NCBI GenBank assembly: GCA_964016885.1
Contig: OZ024740.1
Span: forward strand, 429,598,001 to 429,662,000
Direction of reading: 5' to 3'
DNA length: 64,000 nucleotides
Source of the DNA: Eledone cirrhosa
Taxonomy: Eukaryota
Below the pieces are notes generated by a model that did not search any database, had not been told where the DNA came from, and saw only the letters and a list, made by a program, of their open reading frames with translations. The position numbers and the translations under genes were made by a program. This document shows, in pieces, positions 51,921 through 64,000 of this stretch (the stretch's first letter is position 1; each line of letters starts with the position of its first letter).

Positions 51921-53104
51921 AGATCTGACCTGTTCTGCTAGACTATCCTATGACAGCCAAACCAGAGACTCTAGATGTGACCTCTTCTGTTAGACTATCC
52001 TATGACAGCCATATCAGAGACTCTAGATCTGACTTGTTCTGCTAGACTATCCTATGACAGCCATATCAGAGACTCTAGGTCTGACTTGTTCTGCTAGACT
52101 ATCCTATGACAGCCATATCAGAGACTCTAGATCTGACTTGTTCTGCTAGACTATCCTATGACAGCCATATCAGAGACTCTAGGTCTGACTTGTTCTGCTA
52201 GACTATCCTATGACAGCCATATCAGAGACTCTAGATCTGACTTGTTCTGCTAGACTATCCTATGACAGCCATATCAGAGACTCTAGGTCTGACTTGTTCT
52301 GCTAGACTATCCTATGACAGCCATATCAGAGACTCTAGATCTGACTTGTTCTGCTAGACTATCCTATGACAGCCATATCAGAGACTCTAGGTCTGACTTG
52401 TTCTGCTAGACTATCCTATGACAGCCATATCAGAGACTCTAGATCTGACTTGTTCTGCTAGACTATCCTATGACAGCCATATCAGAGACTCTAGATCTGA
52501 CTTGTTCTGTTAGACTATCCTATGACAGCCATATCAGAGACTCTAGATGTGACCTGTTCTGCTAGACTATCCTATGACAGCCATATCAGAGACTCTAGGT
52601 CTGACTTGTTCTGCTAGACTATCCTATGACAGCCATATCAGAGACTCTAGGTCTGACTTGTTCTGCTAGACTATCCTATGACAGCCATATCAGAGACTCT
52701 AGGTCTGACTTGTTCTGCTAGACTATCTTATGATAGCCATATCAGAGGCTCTAGATCTGACTTGTTCTGCTTGACTATCCTATGACAGCCATATCAGAGA
52801 CTCTAGATGTGACCTGTTCTGCTAGACTATCCTATGACAGCCATATCAGAGACTCTAGGTCTGACTTGTTCTGCTAGACTATCCTATGACAGCCATATCA
52901 GAGACTCTAGGTCTGACTTGTTCTGCTAGACTATCCTATGACAGCCATATCAGAGACTCTAGGTCTGACTTGTTCTGCTAGACTATCCTATGACAGCCAT
53001 ATCAGAGACTCTAGATGTGACCTGTTCTGCTAGACTATACTATGATAGCCATATCAGAGACTCTAGATCTGACCTGTTCTGCTAGACTATCCTATGACAG
53101 CCAT
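51921..53104. repeat. 52-bp satellite, about 23 units
   Basis: Same unit and same right flank as 44488-46806. Confidence 0.97.
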
Positions 53105-53240
53105 ACATATATGTGTGTATTTATATATATATACATACTACTGTACGTCTGTATACATATATGTATGTACGTGTACATACTTATATTTAAGTAACAGCCG
53201 TACTAAGATTGGGAAATGAAATTTCGTTTCATTTTTTCTG

Positions 53241-53289
<49 letters not shown>

Positions 53290-53673
53290 GTGGTTACACA
53301 ACAGTTAGTTCACCATACCGAGAACAATTGTTTCACCTTCCCGGATCTTCAGCTCGGGATGAAGATCCGCGAAGGTGAAACAATTGTTCTCGGTATGCTG
53401 AACGAACTGTTGTGTAACCACTTCTACCTAACTCGTCCCTGGACTGAGTGGTCTACCACTACGGATATTACCTTCCAGTGTTCTACCACTATATATATAT
53501 ATATAGTTATGTAATAAACAACATAAGATAATTATTTCATTTACCAAAATATTACATAACTAAATAGCTCTTTAGTCTACATAGAGCACTCTCTTTTCCT
53601 TTACCTTTCCTACGGAAACACTTCATATATATATATATATATTGTTATACTTTGGGAGGGTCAAATTCATAAA

Positions 53674-53733
<60 letters not shown>

Positions 53734-54412
53734 ATAAAGAGAGAGAGAGGGGAGAAAGAAAGATGGAAAAAAATAGAGAAAGAGAGATAGAAAGAGAGAG
53801 AGGAAGAGAGAGATGGGTGGAAAAGGAGAGAAGTAACAAGAAACAAAATAGCAAGTTGTAGTTAACCCACAAATTCTCACACGCCCCCGCGCATTTTCAC
53901 TATGGCAAGTTTGGCTAACGTTCAACTTAACTAACATTACTGGAGTAACAGTACTTGGTACATACATACACACACACGTACGTACGTACGTACATACACA
54001 CATATATGATGGCTGCCCTCTCGTTATTGAGTATGGCCATTGCACGATATACCATTATTAATAATTATCAATTAATTCTATCGCGCAATGCCTGTGCGTG
54101 AAGTTATTTTTTAAAGTGAGGAAAGACTGTGCACTGAGCCAATCCCACTCCCTGAGCGACAGTAGCTATAACCCGAAAAGAAGAAAATATCAACATCATC
54201 GGTAACTTCTGAACCGCAGGTTTTATATCGGAGTTATCCCAGTTTCCTGAGTTGCCTTCTCCTAGGAGAATGACAAAGACAAGGGGTCCTTCACTCCCAG
54301 TGGTTTAACCGCCCGATCGAGTATCTAGCTCGACTATTTCTATGTCCCCGCGCATACATACATACATACATACATACATACATACATACATACATACATA
54401 CATACATACATA

Positions 54413-54988
54413 CATGGTGGCTGCCAACTCGTTTTCGAGTACGGCCACTATTTTATATCCATGTAGGAGAACCCCTACTGATGCGCTGAACGAGTGTGAC
54501 TTTTTAGTCCAGCCAGCGACTTGACAACTCTGGTACAAACACTACACTTGTGACAATTATTGACACAGTGCTGGGCCCATGGTACCATGTGACGACAAGT
54601 GCAGAGAGATCTCCAGATATAAAGCAATGCCTGTGCCGTGAAGCTTTTATAGTGAGCAAAGGCACTGCACAAAGCCAGTCCCACTCTCTTAACCAAGATG
54701 ATATTTACCAAAAAGAAGAACAAGTCAACATCATTGGATACCATCAGGGTTGCAGGTGTTATATCAGAGTTTTCCTTCTCCTAGAATTCTGCCTTGACAA
54801 AGGCTAAGGGGTCATCTCTCCTGGTGATTTTGAATGGCCATTGACTCTTAAGAGCTCCTTTGCCCTTTGACAGGTTTTGTTTTTAGTCCTGCAGGATGTC
54901 CAAAGTCACCCTCCTCACCAAGAAACCTTAGTGGGGTTGCCAGTTTAGTCACCAACGACCCGACCATGAGACAGGTTGTACTGGGATA
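54413..54988 (-). mobile_element. RTE-derived element, family A
   Basis: Retains the 3' half of the HDV-like motif (54940-54985); embedded in (CATA)n on both sides. Confidence 0.8.
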
Positions 54989-55022
54989 CATACATACATA
55001 CATACATACATACATACATACG

Positions 55023-55055
<33 letters not shown>

Positions 55056-55874
55056 GATAGCTGCAACTCGATTTCGAGTAATGCCATCGCTTGATACTTA
55101 AGCAACAGCATCATGGATGTAGCCTCTCAGTCCTGCTAGGGACTTGCCTATGGCCAGCAATAACTTGCATCGCAACAAATGTCACACATCAAGCGGTCAC
55201 TGAGCTTGAAGCTTTTTTAAGTAAGGAAAGTCTTTGCACGGGGCCAATCCCACTCTCTGAACATGGAATGTATTTACCCCAAAAGTAGAACTGGTCTGCA
55301 TCATTGGATACAAAGAAAGTCACAGGTTTTATATCAGAGTGACCTTCTAGAGAGATGTGTAGGAGTATCTCGCTCTACAAAAAATAAAATTATTGGATGG
55401 TCGTTCACTCTTGTGAGTTCATTCACCTTTTTAAACATGGCGGAGCCCATGAAACCCACGGTCCTAGGTCTGAACACAGCCAATTTATTCCAGGCTAGCG
55501 AGTACTCTGTTGAGTAATATTCTAACCAGTTTCAAACTGAATCCATCCTGATTTATATATATATAGTAATAATAATAAATGTGAAGACTAAAATCCAAAG
55601 AGGGCTCGACAAGGATAAATATATATCACATATATAAGAACCATAGAGTAAATATTTATTAAAATAACAGATTAAAGTTTAAGCAAAGAATGCTTTCACC
55701 CTTAACGGGATTTTCTGAAACTAATATATATATATATTTGTATATATATATATATATATAGATAGAGAGAGGGAGGTGAAGAATGGGAGAGAGAGAGAGG
55801 GATGGGGCCTTTTTGGCAAAGTAAATATATTATTGATTAACGTGAATTCTATTCAAGAAATTAGCCAGTAGAGA

Positions 55875-57030
55875 CGCAAGTATAGCTGGGTGGTTAAAGA
55901 GTTTCTTGGCAATCATGTAACTCTGGGTTTCATTTCAACTGTGTGGCTCCTTGGACATGTGTCTTCTATCATAGTCTTGTGTGGTAGAAGACACTTCTAC
56001 CATGGTCTTGTGTCGTAGAAGACACTTCTACCACACATTTACCATGGTTTTGTATCGTAGAAGACACTTCTACCATACTTCTACCATGGCTTTGTATCGT
56101 AGAAGACACTTCTACCACACTTTTACCATGGCTTTGTGCGGTAGAAGACACTTCTACCAAACTTTTACCATGGCTTTGTGCGGTAGAAGACACTTCTACC
56201 AAACTTTTACCATGGCTTTGTGTGGTAGAAGACACTTCTACCACACTTTTACCATGGCTTTGTGTGATAGAAGACACTTCTACCACACTTTTACCATGGC
56301 TTTGTGTGGTAGAAGACACTTCTACCACACTTTTACCATGGCTTTGTGTGGTAGAAGACACTTCTACCACACTTTTACCATGGCTTTGTGTGGTAGAAGA
56401 CACTTCTACCACACTTTTACCATGGCTTTGTGTGGTAGAAGACACTTCTACCACACTTTTACCATGGCTTTGTGTGGTAGAGGACACTTTTACCATGGCT
56501 TTGTGTGGTAGAAGACACTTCTACCACACTTTTACCATGGCTTTGTGTGGTAGAAGACACTTCTACCACACTTTTACCATGGCTTTGTGTGGTAGAAGAC
56601 ACTTCTACCACACTTTTACCATGGCTTTGTGTGGTAGAAGACACTTCTACCACACTTTTACCATGGCTTTGTGTGGTAGAAGACACTTCTACTACACTTT
56701 TACCATGGTTTTATGTGGTAGAAGACACTCCTACCACACTTTTACCATGGTTTTGTGTGGTAGAAGACACTTCTACCACACTTTTACCATGGTTTTGTGT
56801 GGTAGAAGACACTTCTACCACACTTTTACCATGGTTTTGTGTGGTAGAAGACACTTCTACCACACTTTTACCATGGCTTTGTGTGGTAGAAGACACTTCT
56901 ACCACACTTTTACCATGGTTTTGTGTGGTAGAAGACACTCCTACCATGATTTTATGTGGACTTGAGAGGGAACCTTGACACATGTGACTGAAATTTGATA
57001 AACGGAAATTACAGAAGCTCGGCGTTTATA
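55875..57030 (+). mobile_element. tRNA-derived SINE interrupted by a 42-bp satellite
   Basis: Head TAGCTGGGTGGTTAAAGAG...TGTGTCTTCTATCATAG at 55875-55975; tail GAAATTTGATAAACGGAAATTACAGAAGCTCGGCG at about 56985-57027. Confidence 0.6.
55978..56960. repeat. 42-bp satellite, about 23 units, each with a perfect 12-bp hairpin
   Basis: GTGTGGTAGAAG-ACA-CTTCTACCACAC-TTTTACCATGGCTTT. Confidence 0.97.
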
Positions 57031-57045
57031 TATATATATATATAA

Positions 57046-57151
<106 letters not shown>

Positions 57152-57604
57152 CCTGGGTTCAATCGGGGGTAACCACAGTAAGTAAGGTGCTCAATACATA
57201 GCAGAGTATAAATATTTAATATAGAAATGGCTTCTACAGGACTAGAACTATTTCATTCGAAGGAATCATCAGGAAAGCCCACACATATATATATGTGTGT
57301 CCGTGAGGGCGTGTATGTGTGTGTATGCGTGTATCTGTATACGTGTGTGTATGCGTGTATCTGTATACGTGTGTGTATGTGTGTTTACATTCTTGTATGT
57401 ATCTGTGTTTATGTTCTGTAACATACCGGTCGATAAAATAAGTACTTTAAACAATATGATCGACTAAATGAAGGTAGGGCTCCAGTATGGTCGTAGTCTT
57501 ATGACTGGAACAAAGTAAAAGAATCAAAGAATAGAATTATCATTACTATAACGTTATTATCTGCCCTTGTGGCCAATAAAGAAACAATTATTATAACGTT
57601 ATTA

Positions 57605-57795
57605 GCGGTGGATTGGCAGTATCAGTAAAGAGTCGGACACCATGCTTTGCAGCAAAGAGTTACGACCCTTTATGGTCTGAGTTCAAATCCCGCTCAGATT
57701 AACTTTGCCTTTCATCCTTATTGGGTCGATAAAATAAAGTACCGGTAATACACTGGGATAATTGCTGGTCTTGTGCCAAAAGTAGAAACAATTAT
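57605..57795 (+). mobile_element. tRNA-derived SINE, full length
   Basis: A box, B box GAGTTCAAATCC and conserved body. Confidence 0.85.
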
Positions 57796-58252
57796 ATTAA
57801 GGACCCGTATTCCTGATGGACTCTAGGGGGCGCTGCTATGTCATACAATATGTCTTGGACAGTTTAAAACCTGGCAGGACCTTCTCCTATCTCCTGGTCT
57901 GAACACTGCCAATCTCTTACTGGGAAAGAGAGAGAGGGTGGGGTATAGAGAAACCATCAATCGAACCCCACTACTTTTCTTTTTCACTTTCTCTATTTAA
58001 CTCTCTCGCTTGCTTGCGCCCCCCCCCCTCTCTCTTTATATCTATACATATACATATATATATGTGTGTGTGTACGGGTGTATATATATATATATATAAC
58101 GAAGGAAATGCGGTAAGGAACCAGATAGACCATAACGCACCAAAGTACTCAATACTTAGGGTAATGGAGTGGGTAATAATTTTTTTTTTTTCTTTTAGTC
58201 CAGAATTAGCCGTCGAAACGGCTTGAGCTCTGCCGACGGGGTCATACTTGTT

Positions 58253-58340
<88 letters not shown>

Positions 58341-58534
58341 GAGAGCGAGAGAGAGAGAGGGAAATGGTGAAGTTGGAAATAGCACGGAAAATATATTTAA
58401 GGATCTGTTTTTCTTTTTTTTTTATCCTTTCTTTGATTCGTCAAAGTGACATTATTGAATAACTGAGAGGGACAATTCTTTTTAAAACAAATAATATATA
58501 TATATAAAGTTGTATAGAACCCTACTTCCCTTTT

Positions 58535-58642
<108 letters not shown>

Positions 58643-58717
58643 CTATCCAGGAAGCTCCAACCGTTAAGGTTGTCTTTTTTTCCGGGTATGACAATATTTA
58701 TTTATAAAACAAATCTG

Positions 58718-58783
58718 TATTTTATCTGATGAAACCGCACCATAATTTGCCTTGGTTGCCCTTGAAATATGTATAATAAAATA
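58718..58783 (+). ncRNA. Minimal type I hammerhead candidate in a PLE-like fragment (58645-58920)
   Basis: TATTTTAT-CTGATGA-...-GAAA-TATGTATA-ATAAAATA. Confidence 0.7.
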
Positions 58784-59161
58784 AATATGGTTTTATAAAT
58801 ATAGTTTCCATTTATTAATATATTGTGTATTTATTCCACTAACATTGTTGAGTGCTTTATATCAGTTATAAAAATGTTTAAGCTTGTTGAATCCCAACAA
58901 ATTAAATGTAACCTCTGCATATATATATATATATATATTAAGACAGGGAGGAAGAAAAAAATGGCTTCACTTGTGTTTTCAACAAATTTATTTTCTTCAC
59001 AAAATCCAAAAAGAATTTTTTTCCGGATTAGAAAAAAATTTTTTAAAAGAAATTTTTTTATATAAATTAAGTTGTTGGTTAGGTCTTAGGAGTTCTTGGT
59101 TAACGTGGGAGGTATTGTTTCGTTTTTAGAAAGACCTTTCACGCTGAGGTGCGCTTGTCAA

Positions 59162-60390
<1,229 letters not shown>

Positions 60391-60429
60391 CGATATTAAC
60401 AAATGGAAACTATATTTATAAAACCATAT

Positions 60430-60790
60430 TTATTTCATTATACATATTTCAAGGATACCAAGTTAAATTATAGTATGCCTTCATCAGACAAAATACAATA
60501 TATACCAGTTTTATAAATAAACATTGACGTACCCTTTCAAAATGCAACCGTTAGTTTTGGAAGACATCAGGATATATATATAACAGGATATATATATAAC
60601 AGGTCGATACGCAATAAATATTTTTCATATGTAAACGAAACTTACTCGTTTTTCTATTATATATATATATATATATATATACGATATTAAATAAATGGAA
60701 ACTATATTTATAAAACCATATTTATTTCATTATATATATTTCAGGGATATCATATTAACAATATGCTATGCCTTCCTCAGACAAAATACA
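60430..60790 (-). ncRNA. Two tandem hammerhead candidates (about 60431-60495 and 60723-60789) in tandem PLE-like units
   Basis: CTGATGA...GAAA-TATGTATA and CTGAGGA...GAAA-TATATATA, with TTTTGT/ATGAAA stem I. Duplicated at about 62776-62840 and 63068-63134. Confidence 0.6.
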
Positions 60791-60866
60791 ATATAGACAG
60801 TTTTATAGATAAATAGATTTGACATAGCGTTCAACATCGACTTGTATTTGAAAAGTTGATTTGGCA

Positions 60867-60948
<82 letters not shown>

Positions 60949-61730
60949 GCCTGTGGGTGTGTGCAGTTGCAGAAACTAATGTTTCTTTGTATTAATGGGG
61001 TTTTTTTCGACTAGAATTACGTCAGGAAAAAAAGTCGGTTACTTACGAATTTAGGAGGCATATTCGCTTAGTTTTAATATTTCGGAAGAAGAAAAAGACT
61101 TGTTGCTTGTACTGACTGCTGAACACCGTCTGACAGAATTGTAACTTTTTACCTACTTCTCATTCTCTCTTCCTCTCCCTACATAACACTTCTCTATCTT
61201 TCTCTCTCTAACCCTTCTTTATCTCTCTACCTATCTATCTTTCTCTCTCTAACCCTTCTTTATCTCTCTACCTATCTATCTTCCTCTCTCTAACCCCTCT
61301 TTATCTCTCTGCCCTCTCTCTCTCTTTCTTCCTCTCTCTTCTCTATCCTCTCTCCGTCTATCTCTCAATCCTCTCTCTCTCTCCAACCCTTCCTTATCTC
61401 TCAACCCTCTCTCTTTTCTCTATCCCCCTCTCTCTCTTCTCTTTTTTTCCAAAATTCAGCTATAAGTCTAGTTAGTAGGAACAGAAACGAAACTCGCTAG
61501 CTCGGAGAATAATTCCGCCGATGTTAACTTTGCCTTTCATCCTTACGGGGTCGATAAAATAAAGTACCAGTAATGTACTAGATAATTGATGGCCTTGTGC
61601 CAAAAGTAGAAACAACTATATATTAGGATTGGTGCTCTGAAATAGCGATGTATACATTTAGAAGACCATAGGCTTTCAGTTTTAAAGAAGTGACTATGTC
61701 ACTTCTTATCGGCGAAAATATATATATATA

Positions 61731-61807
<77 letters not shown>

Positions 61808-62444
61808 GACCGGTCTTTCACTAGTTGAGACCCTAAGCTATGTGAAATTTAAGGCCCTTCTCTAAAACAATTCGGGTAAAAATAGTTTTAAATGATTATT
61901 TTTTATATTAATGTTAATGATAAGGAATAGAAACTAATGAGAAAATAATAATATTATATTTAAATAAGCCCCCCTCCCCATGGAGGGGCTAAACTATGGC
62001 TTATTTAGCTTATAGTCCAGCACAGTGGGTGGGTATGTCTAGTTCCGTAGCCATGCAATTGTATCTCTTCAAGAGTTTAATCGACAATAAGTACCACATG
62101 AATCTGATACTTATTTTATCAATCTCTGTTTATCCAACAGTTAAATGACAAGACATACAGACACTAAATATAAACAGAATGGTGTAAATATAAACACAAC
62201 CACACAGTTCTGGATTAAACATTAAGCAAAATATACACGTGACTTAGGACCTCAAGTAGGAGGGGTCCCATGGAGTTTTGTTTTTCCTTACGGTATATTG
62301 GCTTTCTAAAATATATATAGATATATGGATGTGATGTTTTAGCCGTATTGAAACGTGAGTAGAAATTTTAAAAATAAATAACAATTTCATATCCTTGATG
62401 TTTTATAATTTTGAATTATACACACACACAAACAAACACAAACA

Positions 62445-62507
<63 letters not shown>

Positions 62508-62689
62508 ACACACATATATATATATAAACATACATACATACATGGTGGCTGCCAACTCGTTTTCGAGTACGGCCACTACTTTATATCCATGTAGGAGAAC
62601 CCCTACCGATGCGCTGAACGAGTGTGACTTTTTAGTCCAGCCATCGACTTGAAAACTCTGGTACAAACACTACACTTGTGACAATTATA

Positions 62690-63211
62690 TATATATATAC
62701 ATATATATATAAATATATATATATATATACATATACGATATTAACAAATGGAAACTATATTTATAAAACCATATTTATTTCATTATACATATTTCAAGGA
62801 TACCAAGTTAAATTATAGTATGCCTTCATCAGACAAAATACAATATATACCAGTTTTATAAATAAACATTGACGTACCCTTTCAAAATGCAACCGTTAGT
62901 TTTGGAAGACATCAGGATATATATATAACAGGATATATATATAACAGGTCGATACGCAATAAATATTTTTCATATGTAAACGAAACTTACTCGTTTTTCT
63001 ATTATATATATATATATATATATATACGATATTAAATAAATGGAAACTATATTTATAAAACCATATTTATTTCATTATATATATTTCAGGGATATCATAT
63101 TAACAATATGCTATGCCTTCCTCAGACAAAATACAATATAGACAGTTTTATAGATAAATAGATTTGACATAGCGTTCAACATCGACTTGTATTTGAAAAG
63201 TTGATTTGGCA

Positions 63212-63285
<74 letters not shown>

Positions 63286-64000
63286 GCCTGTGGGTGTGTG
63301 CAGTTGCAGAAACTAATGTTTCTTTGTATTAATGGGGTTTTTTTCGACTAGAATTACGTCAGGAAAAAAAGTCGGTTACTTACGAATTTAGGAGGCATAT
63401 TCGCTTAGTTTTAATATTTCGGAAGAAGAAAAAGACTTGTTGCTTGTACTGACTGCTGAACACCGTCTGACAGAATTGTAACTTTTTACCTACTTCTCAT
63501 TCTCTCTTCCTCTCCCTACATAACACTTCTCTATCTTTCTCTCTCTAACCCTTCTTTATCTCTCTACCTATCTATCTTTCTCTCTCTAACCCTTCTTTAT
63601 CTCTCTACCTATCTATCTTCCTCTCTCTAACCCCTCTTTATCTCTCTGCCCTCTCTCTCTCTTTCTTCCTCTCTCTTCTCTATCCTCTCTCCGTCTATCT
63701 CTCAATCCTCTCTCTCTCTCCAACCCTTCCTTATCTCTCAACCCTCTCTCTTTTCTCTATCCCCCTCTCTCTCTTCTCTTTTTTTCCAAAATTCAGCTAT
63801 AAGTCTAGTTAGTAGGAACAGAAACGAAACTCGCTAGCTCGGAGAATAATTCCGCCGATGTTAACTTTGCCTTTCATCCTTACGGGGTCGATAAAATAAA
63901 GTACCAGTAATGTACTAGATAATTGATGGCCTTGTGCCAAAAGTAGAAACAACTATATATTAGGATTGGTGCTCTGAAATAGCGATGTATACATTTAGAA
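62690..64000 (+). repeat. Direct segmental duplicate of about 60350-61660 (runs off the window)
   Basis: Offset about 2345; includes the hammerhead units, a CT-rich tract and a SINE fragment (61511-61616 / 63850-63954). Confidence 0.93.

Noticed and set aside
55978-56960. CRISPR-like array of palindromic repeats
   Set aside because: No unique spacers, no cas genes, and a eukaryotic context. The same applies to the 20-, 48- and 52-bp arrays.

Overview
This is a eukaryotic, AT-rich window saturated with microsatellites and transposable elements, with no recognisable host gene. The SINE families and the (TA)n/(CATA)n load suggest an octopus or other cephalopod genome (inference). Elements present: the 5' end of a LINE with an open ORF1 running off the left edge; R4/Dong-type RT+REL retrotransposons (one long decayed copy, two 3' stubs); RTE and CR1 fragments; three families of short RTE-derived non-autonomous elements, one with an HDV-like ribozyme candidate at its 5' end; many tRNA-derived SINEs; two mariner DD34D relics; and a 2 kb non-coding LTR element with a 4-bp TSD. 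Penelope-like elements (PLEs) include two inverted RT/GIY-YIG copies and many hammerhead-bearing, fold-back terminal pieces from several families. A Helentron-like element with a 2A-like peptide ORF and a fold-back cassette holding a PHD-type LINE ORF1 fragment is duplicated head-to-tail as a 5.2-5.4 kb unit. Several satellites (20, 36/37, 42, 48 and 52 bp) and local segmental duplications are also present. Nearly all long ORFs in the supplied track are microsatellite artefacts. Everything was read by eye; no database searches or folding programs were run, and many repeat boundaries are approximate.
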